This document shows positions 7,983 to 17,580 of a stretch of DNA of 54,924 nucleotides, piece by piece (positions within the stretch are counted from its first letter, which is position 1; the number at the start of each line of letters is the position of its first letter). The DNA is taken from positions 1 through 54,924 of IMG/VR virus record IMGVR_UViG_3300042402_003477; one strand, 5' to 3'. This stretch comes from a virus (taxonomy: Duplodnaviria > Caudoviricetes). The notes below the pieces were generated by a model. The model saw only the letters and a program-made list of their open reading frames with translations. It was not told the DNA's origin and did not search any database. Position numbers and translations under genes: made by a program.

Positions 7983-9524
7983 TTATACTCCTGGAGGTCT
8001 CGATGTAGGTTGGAATGGTTCAACTGGTACTATCAGGGATTGTGCTGGAGAAGTTCCTTGTCCTGATGGACCAGGAGGTCCAGGAGGTGTAGGTGTTCCT
8101 CCACCAGTATTTTGAGTGGTTCCAAAACTCACATTATTCAGACTATCATACCCAACGGTGTTTTCATCGTTTGCATCATAATTATCATTATACAGTGGGG
8201 TTAATTCCGTAAATGCCAATTGCATTGTGACTGCAATTGGTTGAGAACCTCCTGCGGGTTGATCATTAAATGCTGCATAAAATCCATCTGGAGTATAATT
8301 AACTACACATTGCTGAAGAGCACAAGTTTTAATTTTCCCAATACTTTTTAAATCATCATTAGTAGATTCAGAACCTCTAAAATGAATATCAAATACATTT
8401 GGAGCACCAAGGAAATATGCAGCCTTTCCACCAGATCTTTTTGCTGCCATTCCTTTTTTGAAGAACTTAAGAATGTATCTGATGTTTCTTGCTTCCTCTT
8501 GACTTCTTGGGGTCATCTTAAATTGGAACCCAAATGATCTTAACTTTGGTCCTTGGAATAATAATTCAAGGTTAGGATTGATTGCAGTTCCAGTAATTCT
8601 AGATCTGAATGCCTCTGGATTTATATTGATGCCGAATTTTTGAGTGACTGCTGCTGCAGCGTTCAGAGCAAGAAGTTGTTTTATTGTTTCATTTGCAGTC
8701 GTATCTTTATTAAGTGCATTTGATGCTGCCCCCATTGCACTTTGTATTGCTGCATCTAAATTGAAGTTGGCAAGACCACTCGCAGCACCTAAAGCAGCAC
8801 CACCAACTAATGCTGCTAATGATGACAGACTATCCTCACCCCAAGCAGTTACATTAGTTTCCGAAATATCATTAGGCATTGGAAGAACTGCAGTTCCTAT
8901 TAATTCACTTTCTGTAGGTTTTTCACGAAATCTTTCTTTTGAAAATTCACCCGCAATTATTTTGTTAATATCTAATCCCTTTCCATTTAAAACTTCTGGA
9001 GTTCTATATCGTCTTTGGACTATTACTATTCTATCTTGTCCTGAACTCATATCCAATGGATACTTCAAAAATTCAGGTTTAAATTTTTCATTTTCTGATT
9101 GAAAGTCTTTCGAGGTTACTTCAAAAATTGCTGGAGTTCCTGATGGTGCTCCAGAACCTCCACCAGTATCTTGATTTGGGTCTGCTCCTGGTGGATTTTC
9201 CGGTGGAGAAACTTCAGTATTTCCTAGTAATAATTCTTCTGCGTTAGTTGCTCCACCAACAGTTGCTGTTGCTACAGACTGTCTTCTAAATATATCAATA
9301 TTTTTTATAATTGAAATTTCATTATCCTTTGTTATAGGAGCGTTTTCATCAAAGGTTAATTTGTTACTTTTTAAATCGAGAGTTCCTATTGATTGGAAAT
9401 CAAATTGAGATTTTCTTTGATAAATTTGAGATACTTTAGTTGTAGGATTTACTACTATCGAGTATTTTCCGTTTATATTCGGCAATAAAAATTCATTTTT
9501 TCCTGGTTCTCCGTAGGTTTCCAT
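7983..9524 (-). CDS. gp48: baseplate tail-tube cap gp48
   Basis: LPMP, NPNLELLFQGPKLRSFGFQF, VNYTPDG, LAFTEL motifs; synteny. Confidence 0.85.
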   Translation of the reverse strand: METYGEPGKNEFLLPNINGKYSIVVNPTTKVSQIYQRKSQFDFQSIGTLDLKSNKLTFDENAPITKDNEISIIKNIDIFRRQSVATATVGGATNAEELLLGNTEVSPPENPPGADPNQDTGGGSGAPSGTPAIFEVTSKDFQSENEKFKPEFLKYPLDMSSGQDRIVIVQRRYRTPEVLNGKGLDINKIIAGEFSKERFREKPTESELIGTAVLPMPNDISETNVTAWGEDSLSSLAALVGGAALGAASGLANFNLDAAIQSAMGAASNALNKDTTANETIKQLLALNAAAAVTQKFGININPEAFRSRITGTAINPNLELLFQGPKLRSFGFQFKMTPRSQEEARNIRYILKFFKKGMAAKRSGGKAAYFLGAPNVFDIHFRGSESTNDDLKSIGKIKTCALQQCVVNYTPDGFYAAFNDQPAGGSQPIAVTMQLAFTELTPLYNDNYDANDENTVGYDSLNNVSFGTTQNTGGGTPTPPGPPGPSGQGTSPAQSLIVPVEPFQPTSRPPGV

Positions 9525-9526
9525 AT

Positions 9527-10087
9527 CTATCTACCCCACACTTTTTCTGAAGGAATTGGTATTTCTACTCCACCCAAGTCCCGAACAAATTCTTCGATAG
9601 GTAATAGACATATGGTATTCCATTCTGGTGTTGCAAAGTCTAAAAAAGGACTACGGACCTCTGATAATAAGTATTTATGTGCTCCTTTAGTAAACTTTGG
9701 AATTTTATTTTCTGCAAGTGAATTTGCAATTCCAATTCGTTCTTCTGGAGAATAATAATGTAGATTGACCGCAAAGAAATAATTAGGTTGAAAGTCTAAA
9801 ATATAAGCAAGAGGATACTTATCGTAGAATGGAAGTTGCCTTCTCCACTTGGCACGGTATTCCCATAACATTAAACTGAATAGTTTTGGAAATCCTCTCA
9901 CGACATTTTGATCTCGACCTCCCATAACATCAATATCATCAACCCTCTCATCAGTTATCATTTTACTGGGATCTTTTTCATACTTAACTGATCGTGCGAA
10001 AAAGATATTAGAACGATACCATTCCTTTGATCTATTCTGTCCCCCTGCTTTTTGATTAACTTCTTCGAAGATTGTTCTATACGCCAA
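9527..10087 (-). CDS. gp2: DNA end protector gp2-like
   Basis: LPFYDKYPL...NLHYYSP...HKYL; lies between gp4 and gp48. Confidence 0.8.
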   Translation of the reverse strand: MAYRTIFEEVNQKAGGQNRSKEWYRSNIFFARSVKYEKDPSKMITDERVDDIDVMGGRDQNVVRGFPKLFSLMLWEYRAKWRRQLPFYDKYPLAYILDFQPNYFFAVNLHYYSPEERIGIANSLAENKIPKFTKGAHKYLLSEVRSPFLDFATPEWNTICLLPIEEFVRDLGGVEIPIPSEKVWGR

Positions 10088-10511
10088 GATTATCCTCCGT
10101 AAGTATTTGGAATTTCCACTTTCGATCTAAACAAAACTCTTCTGCTGCTTTCCATTTTGCCTGGTTCTTGGCGTATTCTTTCACTTCGTAGATTTGTTTT
10201 TGAGTAATTTTTTTACCAACCTTTGGTTCTTTAACTTGTCTTTTGGGTTTGATTTCAATTAAACTTTCTTTGATACATCCATCAGCATCTTTATACTTTA
10301 TAAAAAAGTCTGGATAGTATCTATGAATTCTGTTATCAATAGGAGAAATATATGGAATATGTATTTCTTCAGAGGACCACTTTAGAATATTTTCATTTTT
10401 ATCACAGTAGTTCATAAATTTAAGTTCCCATAATGATCTATAAATTATATTTTTATAGTCACCAATGTACTTTTCTGGGAATGATGGTTTGAATATTCCC
10501 TTATAGGACAT
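10077..10511 (-). CDS. gp4: head completion nuclease gp4
   Basis: YRSLWE...WSSEE...HRYYPDF...EIKP...NQAKW. Confidence 0.92.
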   Translation of the reverse strand: MSYKGIFKPSFPEKYIGDYKNIIYRSLWELKFMNYCDKNENILKWSSEEIHIPYISPIDNRIHRYYPDFFIKYKDADGCIKESLIEIKPKRQVKEPKVGKKITQKQIYEVKEYAKNQAKWKAAEEFCLDRKWKFQILTEDNLGV

Positions 10512-10542
10512 ACATATATTATATACACTTCCAATTATTTAG

Positions 10543-11163
10543 ATGCCATCAAGAAGACTTTTCTATAGTACTGATGAGTTAGTAAGGAAATTTAAACCGT
10601 CACTTACCTCAACATTTGATGTGTTTATTAGTAAGTCATTTTCTGGAATTGATGATGAGGTTGTAAATTTTTCAGCATATGAAGCTGTCCTTCCAGGTTC
10701 ATCTTTTGAACTAGGACAAGTGTTTGGTGATAGGCAAGGAGTAACAGAACAGTATGCAACTAAGAGAGTTTATCCTCCTGTAGATGTGAGTTTTTATGTT
10801 GATGTTGAGTATGGTGTATTAGATTTTTTCGAGAGGTGGTTTAAGCAAATTAATGATAAGTCTGATAATTTTAGATTTAGCTATCCATCTGGAGGTTATA
10901 AAACTAATGTAATTATTACGAAATTTGAAAGAGAATTTAGAGAAAGTAAAGATAGATTGAATTCCCCAGGAACCGCAGGAACAGTTTCTGAACCATCATA
11001 TCAAGCAAGATATAATTTAAGAAATGCGTTTCCTTCTAATATTATTTCGGTTCCTGTATCATATGGTCAATCTGATGTATTAAGAACAACTATAACGTTC
11101 AATTATGATTACTATGATTTTGAAGTTAAGAAGAATAAGACATCGTTCAATAAAGAAATCTAA
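10543..11163 (+). CDS. tail tube initiator / gp54-like protein
   Basis: tube-fold motifs LPG, FERW, Y.L.NAFP, TITFNYDYY; divergent from gp4. Confidence 0.65.
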   Translation: MPSRRLFYSTDELVRKFKPSLTSTFDVFISKSFSGIDDEVVNFSAYEAVLPGSSFELGQVFGDRQGVTEQYATKRVYPPVDVSFYVDVEYGVLDFFERWFKQINDKSDNFRFSYPSGGYKTNVIITKFEREFRESKDRLNSPGTAGTVSEPSYQARYNLRNAFPSNIISVPVSYGQSDVLRTTITFNYDYYDFEVKKNKTSFNKEI

Positions 11164-11192
11164 ATACTTACAACTGAATTGTATATTTCAAA

Positions 11193-11924
11193 ATGCCTTT
11201 ACCAAAGATTGCAACTCCTAGTTATGAGTTGATTTTACCATCTACTAAAAAACCAATTAAGTATCGTCCATTCCTAGTTAAAGAAGAGAAAATTCTTATT
11301 CTTGCAATGGAAAGTGGAAATCAAGATGAGATTACAAATGCAGTCAAAACTACTTTAAAAGATTGCATCCTAACTCGTGGAGTAAAAATTGAAACTCTTC
11401 CTAGTTTTGATATTGAATATTTGTTCTTGAATATTCGTGCAAAGTCTGTGGGAGAATCTGTTGAACTGACTATTACTTGTCCCGATGACAATCAAACTCA
11501 AGTTGATGTTAGTGTAAATATTGACGAAATTAAAGTTCTAATTCCAGAGGGACATACTTCTGAAGTTAAAGTTGATGATAATATTACAGTGAAGATGAAG
11601 TATCCATCACTTCAAGAATTTATTGATAACAACTTTGATTTTGGTGCTCAAAATAATAGTAAAGAAGTAATTGACAAATCATTTGAGGTTGTTGCTTCTT
11701 GTGTTGATATGGTTTATACTAAAGATGAATCTTGGTCTGCAGGAGATGTCAGTAAGAAGGAATTGATTTCTTGGTTAGAAACTATGGATTCAAATCAATT
11801 CAAAGGAATTGAGCAGTTCTTCGACACAATGCCTAAATTATCTCATACATTAACTGTCGTTAATCCAAAAACAAAAGTTGAAAATGAAATAGTTTTAGAA
11901 GGGTTATCAAGTTTTTTCGGATAA
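11193..11924 (+). CDS. gp26: baseplate hub subunit gp26
   Basis: MPLPKI.TP.Y...YRPFLVKEEKIL...FDIEYLFLNIRAKSVGE...LEGLSSFF. Confidence 0.92.
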   Translation: MPLPKIATPSYELILPSTKKPIKYRPFLVKEEKILILAMESGNQDEITNAVKTTLKDCILTRGVKIETLPSFDIEYLFLNIRAKSVGESVELTITCPDDNQTQVDVSVNIDEIKVLIPEGHTSEVKVDDNITVKMKYPSLQEFIDNNFDFGAQNNSKEVIDKSFEVVASCVDMVYTKDESWSAGDVSKKELISWLETMDSNQFKGIEQFFDTMPKLSHTLTVVNPKTKVENEIVLEGLSSFFG

Positions 11925-12106
11925 TGATGAGTCACGAAGACTTGGAATCTTATTTTAGAATTAATTTTGCCCTGATGCAGTATCATAAATATTCATTAAC
12001 AGAGATTGAAAATATGATACCTTGGGAAAGGGAAATCTATTTAACTCTATTGGAGCAACATATTCAGGAAGAAGAAGAAAAGGCATCAAAAAAGCAGAGT
12101 CTCTAA
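11924..12106 (+). CDS. gp51: baseplate hub assembly catalyst gp51-like
   Basis: NFALMQYHKYSLTEIENMIPWEREIY; follows gp26. Confidence 0.85.
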   Translation: MMSHEDLESYFRINFALMQYHKYSLTEIENMIPWEREIYLTLLEQHIQEEEEKASKKQSL

Positions 12107-14218
12107 ATGGATACGCAAGATCTAATCAAAATTAAGAAACAAAGAATCCAGGAGGAACTCTATAAATTAGTTCCTCCTGGATTCCATTTGTCCCCACCTC
12201 CAAAGAATAGGGGAACGACTTATGAGAATTTAGATAGGTTTTTGGATAGAGATACTGAATTCTTGATGCAGGTTGGATATTTATATGCAACAAATAAAGA
12301 TTATGATACTGCAATACAACATTTAAGATTTTTCGGATATTCACTTTCTAACTATAAAGAAGCAGAAGGTAAGGGTATATTTCATAAAGAACCAGAATTA
12401 AACAGAAACCTCGTTGAGGCTTGCGATTACCTTATTCGTTTCTATGATCTTGCTGAAATTACTATTAAGAGAATTAATGATGAAGAAGATGTAAGACTTA
12501 AATTACTTCAACAGCAGCAGGATAAAGAGAAGAAAACATTAGAGCAATCTGAAGAGAAGAAGCAAAAGGCAAAATCATTTGTTTCTGGTGCTACTAGTTT
12601 TAGACCAGGAACAAAGGCAAAATTAAAAGTCACGAAGTTGCCTGGAATTATTCCAAAGAGAGCAGCTCCTCAAGAAATCGTAGATAAAATTTCAAAACCA
12701 CAGTTAGAAGCACAAGAAACTGAAGAAGGAATTGGTGGTTCAAAGAGAATTGTATCTGCTCTTGGAAGATTAGCATTATCAATTGAGCAGACTAATGATA
12801 ATCTGAATGCTACTCTTGCCAAGATTGCAGAAGATATTGCAAATACAAAGGTAGAAAATAAAAAAGAAGTTGATGAATATAGAAAGAGAGTTGCCAATCG
12901 TGGAAGAAAGATTGGGAAGACTGAACTCGGAAGCAGCAAAGTAGATGTTTCTGGTTTAGTTAAGAAGTATGTTGGAAACTTCTTTAGTGGTGCTGGTGGA
13001 GCAATTCGTGCTCTAGCACTCTTCAATATGCTAGAAGCATTTATGAACGGGAGACCGTTGGATGCTCTTGGTCCATTATTAGGAATTGGTGCTACTTATC
13101 TTCCTGCTATTGGCGGATTGATAGCAGGAATGATAGGGAAGAAAGTCCTGGGAGGACTACTTGGTGCTGCTAGAGGAGGTTCTGCCGCAAGAGGTGGAGT
13201 AACTGCAGCAAGAGGAGTTGGGACTGCTGCTGCAGGAATGCCTAGGTTAGGTAAGTTTGGAGCAATCGCAGCATTAGGTGCTGGAGCATTGGCACTTGGA
13301 AGTGGAATGCTGGGAAAGAATGGAGGGGAACAAGATACTTCTGCACCAGATTCTGCCATTCAAACAAGATTAGATGAACTCGAAACTCAACAGAAAGAAT
13401 CAACCCAACCTCAAGCATTAGGTGCCATACCAGATAGTGCTTTGAAGAGATTTGAATCATTGAATCAAAAATTTGAAAACGCACTTGACTTTTTATTGAA
13501 GAAACAAAAAGAGGTTCCACGTAGCAGAACTAGAGGTTCTGGTGGCAGTCCCACTCCACCGACACCTTCAGGAACTCCACCATCTGTAGATCAATTGTCA
13601 ACTGATGTCCCTCAAGATGTAAATATCACAGGACAAACCGTAGATGTTGCTGGAGGAATTAGTTATTATGGTCCAGGATTTGAAGGAAATAAAACGGCAA
13701 GTGGAACTACTTTTGACCCCAATGAGCTGACAGCAGCACATAAAACTTTGCCATTCGGAACATTATTAAAGGTAACAAACAAAGATAATAATAAATCTGT
13801 TGTTGTTAGAGTTACCGATAGAGGACCTTTTGTCGGGGACAGATCTTTAGATTTGAGTGAAGGTGCTATGAGAGCTCTTGGTGGTATTGGAACTGGAGTT
13901 CTAAAAAATGCTACTATTGAAGTTGTAGAACCGAAAAATTCTCCTCCATCAACACCAGCACAACAATCACCAGTAGCACCAGCACCTAATCCCGTTGATC
14001 CAAATGGACCTCAATCAAATATAAAAAGATTAAGTGAATCAGTTGCAAAAGTTCCACAATCAACTCCAAATTTAATAGCATTAGGATTGCCCCCGCAAAA
14101 TTCGGAAAAAACTCCAATGTCTATGGGTGACAACGGAGGAAATCCTATTAATCCAGTTTCCACTGGTTATGATTGTGTATATAGTGATTCCGCAAAAACT
14201 TATTGCCAACTAGCATAA
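12107..14218 (+). CDS. tail-associated (tape-measure-like) protein with RlpA-like DPBB lytic transglycosylase domain
   Basis: coiled-coil plus Gly/Ala-rich middle; SYYGPGF.G.KTASG...TAAHKTLPFGT...VRVTDRGPF...LDLS. Confidence 0.8.
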   Translation: MDTQDLIKIKKQRIQEELYKLVPPGFHLSPPPKNRGTTYENLDRFLDRDTEFLMQVGYLYATNKDYDTAIQHLRFFGYSLSNYKEAEGKGIFHKEPELNRNLVEACDYLIRFYDLAEITIKRINDEEDVRLKLLQQQQDKEKKTLEQSEEKKQKAKSFVSGATSFRPGTKAKLKVTKLPGIIPKRAAPQEIVDKISKPQLEAQETEEGIGGSKRIVSALGRLALSIEQTNDNLNATLAKIAEDIANTKVENKKEVDEYRKRVANRGRKIGKTELGSSKVDVSGLVKKYVGNFFSGAGGAIRALALFNMLEAFMNGRPLDALGPLLGIGATYLPAIGGLIAGMIGKKVLGGLLGAARGGSAARGGVTAARGVGTAAAGMPRLGKFGAIAALGAGALALGSGMLGKNGGEQDTSAPDSAIQTRLDELETQQKESTQPQALGAIPDSALKRFESLNQKFENALDFLLKKQKEVPRSRTRGSGGSPTPPTPSGTPPSVDQLSTDVPQDVNITGQTVDVAGGISYYGPGFEGNKTASGTTFDPNELTAAHKTLPFGTLLKVTNKDNNKSVVVRVTDRGPFVGDRSLDLSEGAMRALGGIGTGVLKNATIEVVEPKNSPPSTPAQQSPVAPAPNPVDPNGPQSNIKRLSESVAKVPQSTPNLIALGLPPQNSEKTPMSMGDNGGNPINPVSTGYDCVYSDSAKTYCQLA

Positions 14219-14219
14219 T

Positions 14220-16274
14220 ATGGAAGAAACTGTAGTAAAGGCAAAACCTAAACAACCAAAGATTGTTACAAGAGTTTCTAACATAGAAAATCTTCAGAAG
14301 TCTGTTGATGATTTAAACACGACTTCCAGAAGATTAAGAAGATTATTTGAAAGAAATAGTTATCAAAAGAGAACTCAATTACCAGTATTAAAAAGATATA
14401 AAAGACAATTAGATTCAATTGAAAGAGCAGAAGAAGAAAGGGCAAGAAGGGCATCTAAAAAGAAAATAAAACTTCCAACAATTAAGAAATTTGCTGGATC
14501 ATTTTTTGCACCTGATGCTTCTAAAGATCCATTTAAGGCAATTGGAGCACTTGCAGCATTTAATAGTCTTGAGAAAATTGCTTCGGGAGATTTGTTAGGA
14601 GCACTTGGTCCTGGATTAGTTGCTGCTGGAATGGTAGCAGGACCAAGTTTGATAGGTGTTGGGGTCAGTGCAGGAATGGATAAAATTTTGGGTAGAAATA
14701 AATTGAGGAGAGGATTTGATGTTACTGGAAGAAGAGTAAGTCAAGGGGCACAAGAAAGATACTTAAGTCGTTATGGTGATAAGGCATTTAAAAATAGATT
14801 TGGAGCAGATGCTCTCAAAAAATCTCAGCAAGCAGCAAGTTCTACTGCAACTGCTAGTGGAGGAGGAAAGGTAGCAAAAGCATTTGGCAGATTAGGAAAA
14901 TCTATTATACCTGGTGTTGGTGCAGTTCTTGGTGCGGTTGATGCCAAGATGAGAGCAAATGAAGGTGACATTACTGGATCAAGAATTGCTGGAGCATCTG
15001 CTGCTTTAGATGCTGCTGCGGCTGCATCTGCAGCAACTGGAATTGGATTAGTTGCAACTCCTTTCCTAGGACTTGCTTCAGTAACTTTAGACCTTGTTAA
15101 TTTTGCTCGTGACATTACAGGAATGAGTGAGAATGAAGCAAAGAAAAAGAAAGGAATACAAACAAAGTTAGAAGAGCAAACTAAAAAGCAAAAGGATCTA
15201 GTTAAAAGAAAGGATGAAGGTGGAGTGGGTCTTTCGTTCTCAAAAACTTTAATTGGTTATGAAAGGGTGGTTAATAAATTTGAAGAGTTTTCTAAGAATT
15301 TTAAACCACCAGAGGAAATTCTGGATATGACTGAAGGAGGACCACCAAATCCACCTCCATCATCAGCAAATCCATATACTGGACCAATAGATAAGGATTC
15401 CTTTTTTCCTCTTCCTGGGGGGATTTTATCTACTGCTGCAGTAAATATTCCTCTTGGTGAGTATGGTGCGCGAAGAGATTATGAGGGAGGACATAGCGGA
15501 CAAGATATAGGTGGACTTCCTGGTAATAGTCCAGTTGTTGCTTGGAAAACTGGAACTGTTACAGTGGAACCAGGATTAGAAGGTCCAGATAATATTATTA
15601 CTATAGATCACGGGAACGGTGTTTATACAAAATATAAGCACGTTATTGCTACAGTTAGTAATGGAGATACTGTATATGGGGGGCAGCAAATTGGGAAATT
15701 GCTGCCAGGAAGAGAGGAAGTTTCTGGAAGGATGTATGATACTCATTTACACTTTGAGGTTTGGAAAAATGGCAGACATATAAATCCTAATACTGACATA
15801 TCAGCATCTCAAAAAATACCATCACCTTTAACCAGACAACGTGCCGAAGAGGAGCACAAGAAAAAATCGACCTCACAACCTTCACCACCAACTACACCTT
15901 CAAATTCAGTTCAACCTGTACCTGGAAGTAAATATACTTTAAGGGGAACAACATTATTCAAAGGAAATGATGGTAAATATTATTCAACAACGAAAGGTAA
16001 TGATGGAAAATTTTTGGAAGTTGATAAACGTAATTGGGATTATGTGAAAAAAGAAGGAGAACTTGTATCATTCTCCCCTAAAGATAGGAATATTGAAATG
16101 TATCCATCTTACAATGACCAATCTTCTACGATTGCTATGGTATATGTCCCTCAGCCAGTGAGATCTCCCCAACCACAATCGCAATTATCAACTCAATTCA
16201 TCACAATTGGTGGTGATACCTCGTTAAATACATTAGCATCATTAAAACGCCAAGCACTTTCTGAACTAGGATAA
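14220..16274 (+). CDS. tail-associated protein with M23 metallopeptidase domain
   Basis: HSGQDIG (HxxxD), IDHGNG...Y.H, HLHFEV (HxH); Ala/Gly-rich middle. Confidence 0.8.
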   Translation: MEETVVKAKPKQPKIVTRVSNIENLQKSVDDLNTTSRRLRRLFERNSYQKRTQLPVLKRYKRQLDSIERAEEERARRASKKKIKLPTIKKFAGSFFAPDASKDPFKAIGALAAFNSLEKIASGDLLGALGPGLVAAGMVAGPSLIGVGVSAGMDKILGRNKLRRGFDVTGRRVSQGAQERYLSRYGDKAFKNRFGADALKKSQQAASSTATASGGGKVAKAFGRLGKSIIPGVGAVLGAVDAKMRANEGDITGSRIAGASAALDAAAAASAATGIGLVATPFLGLASVTLDLVNFARDITGMSENEAKKKKGIQTKLEEQTKKQKDLVKRKDEGGVGLSFSKTLIGYERVVNKFEEFSKNFKPPEEILDMTEGGPPNPPPSSANPYTGPIDKDSFFPLPGGILSTAAVNIPLGEYGARRDYEGGHSGQDIGGLPGNSPVVAWKTGTVTVEPGLEGPDNIITIDHGNGVYTKYKHVIATVSNGDTVYGGQQIGKLLPGREEVSGRMYDTHLHFEVWKNGRHINPNTDISASQKIPSPLTRQRAEEEHKKKSTSQPSPPTTPSNSVQPVPGSKYTLRGTTLFKGNDGKYYSTTKGNDGKFLEVDKRNWDYVKKEGELVSFSPKDRNIEMYPSYNDQSSTIAMVYVPQPVRSPQPQSQLSTQFITIGGDTSLNTLASLKRQALSELG

Positions 16275-17576
16275 ATGGCATCATATTTTAATTACAAAAT
16301 AGAAGAGTTTATAATTGAGTCTTTAGATGGAGAAAAATCTATTGATGCCACTTCTTGTGTTGCCCGAATAAAATACTTTGAAGATATATTCAATCCATCA
16401 ATTTTCATTTCAATGCAAGTTGTGAATACTGATGGTTTAATTTCATCACTTCCAATTCGTGGTGGAGAAAGAGTTCGATTAATAATTTCTCAAGAAGCAA
16501 CAGGACAAAGAATAGAATTTACTGAAGATAAAAATCAATACTACATTTACAAAGTTTATGGATCAACATCTCAATCAACAAGGGAAGCATTCTTTGTTGA
16601 TCTTGCTCCAGTTGATATGTATAAGAATGAGACATCTAGAGTAATTAGAAGGTATCCAGAAAATCAAGGTTCAGAACAAAAAATTAGTGATTCTGTAGAA
16701 CAAATTTTAAAATCTGTATTAAAGACAGATAGGAATATTTTTGTCGAACCAACTCAAAATAGTTATGCATTTTATGGAAATACAAAAAAACCATTTAATG
16801 TCATCTCTTGGCTCTGCCCCAAATCAATACCTCCTGTCGGGAAATCTTCTCCAGAGGCTGGAACTGCTGGGTATCTGTTCTATCAAAGTAAAAATGGGTA
16901 CAACTTTAGAAGTGTAGATTCTTTAATGTCACCTCTTCAACCTTCTTCAGGTGATTTGAAAAATTATATTCGGTATTTTTATAATGAAAATACAAATGAG
17001 TATGCAGATAATACTACTAATTTTAAAGTTCTTACAGTCCCAACATTTAATAAGAATGTAAATGTTCTTGATAATTTACTTGCTGGAATGTATTCAAGTT
17101 CAAATTACTTCCTTGATTTGAATACCAAAAAATTCAATTATTATAAGTATAAACTTTCCGATAGTTATGAGATTATGAACCACGCATCAAGTGATAAAAA
17201 ATCTCCAAAAATTCCACAAGGATTGGAAGAAAGTCCTTCTAGAGTAATGGTAAGATTTATTGATGGTATCGTAAAATCTCCAGGAACAGTGAATCCAAAT
17301 GAAAAAATAGATGATAGAATTAGATATCAGGCACACTCTGTAACTAGATATAATTTAGCATTCAGTCAGATTGCCAATATTACAGTACCCTTAAATTTAA
17401 ATCTTACAGTTGGTGATGTAATCTTCCTAGATATAGGAGAGATTACAAAGCAAGAAAAGCAAAAGGACAGTAAGAAATCTGGGTTGTATTTAATTGCAGA
17501 ACTCGCACACGAATTCAGTGACAATCAGGGTTATACTGGACTTAAATTAGTAAGAGATTCATACGGGGAACCATAA
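16275..17576 (+). CDS. putative baseplate hub / tail protein
   Basis: YFEDIFNPSI...LPIRGGE; GYLFYQ..GYNFRSVDSL; SGLYLIAEL.H...LKLVRDSYG; position before gp5. Confidence 0.65.
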   Translation: MASYFNYKIEEFIIESLDGEKSIDATSCVARIKYFEDIFNPSIFISMQVVNTDGLISSLPIRGGERVRLIISQEATGQRIEFTEDKNQYYIYKVYGSTSQSTREAFFVDLAPVDMYKNETSRVIRRYPENQGSEQKISDSVEQILKSVLKTDRNIFVEPTQNSYAFYGNTKKPFNVISWLCPKSIPPVGKSSPEAGTAGYLFYQSKNGYNFRSVDSLMSPLQPSSGDLKNYIRYFYNENTNEYADNTTNFKVLTVPTFNKNVNVLDNLLAGMYSSSNYFLDLNTKKFNYYKYKLSDSYEIMNHASSDKKSPKIPQGLEESPSRVMVRFIDGIVKSPGTVNPNEKIDDRIRYQAHSVTRYNLAFSQIANITVPLNLNLTVGDVIFLDIGEITKQEKQKDSKKSGLYLIAELAHEFSDNQGYTGLKLVRDSYGEP

Positions 17577-17580
17577 ATCT

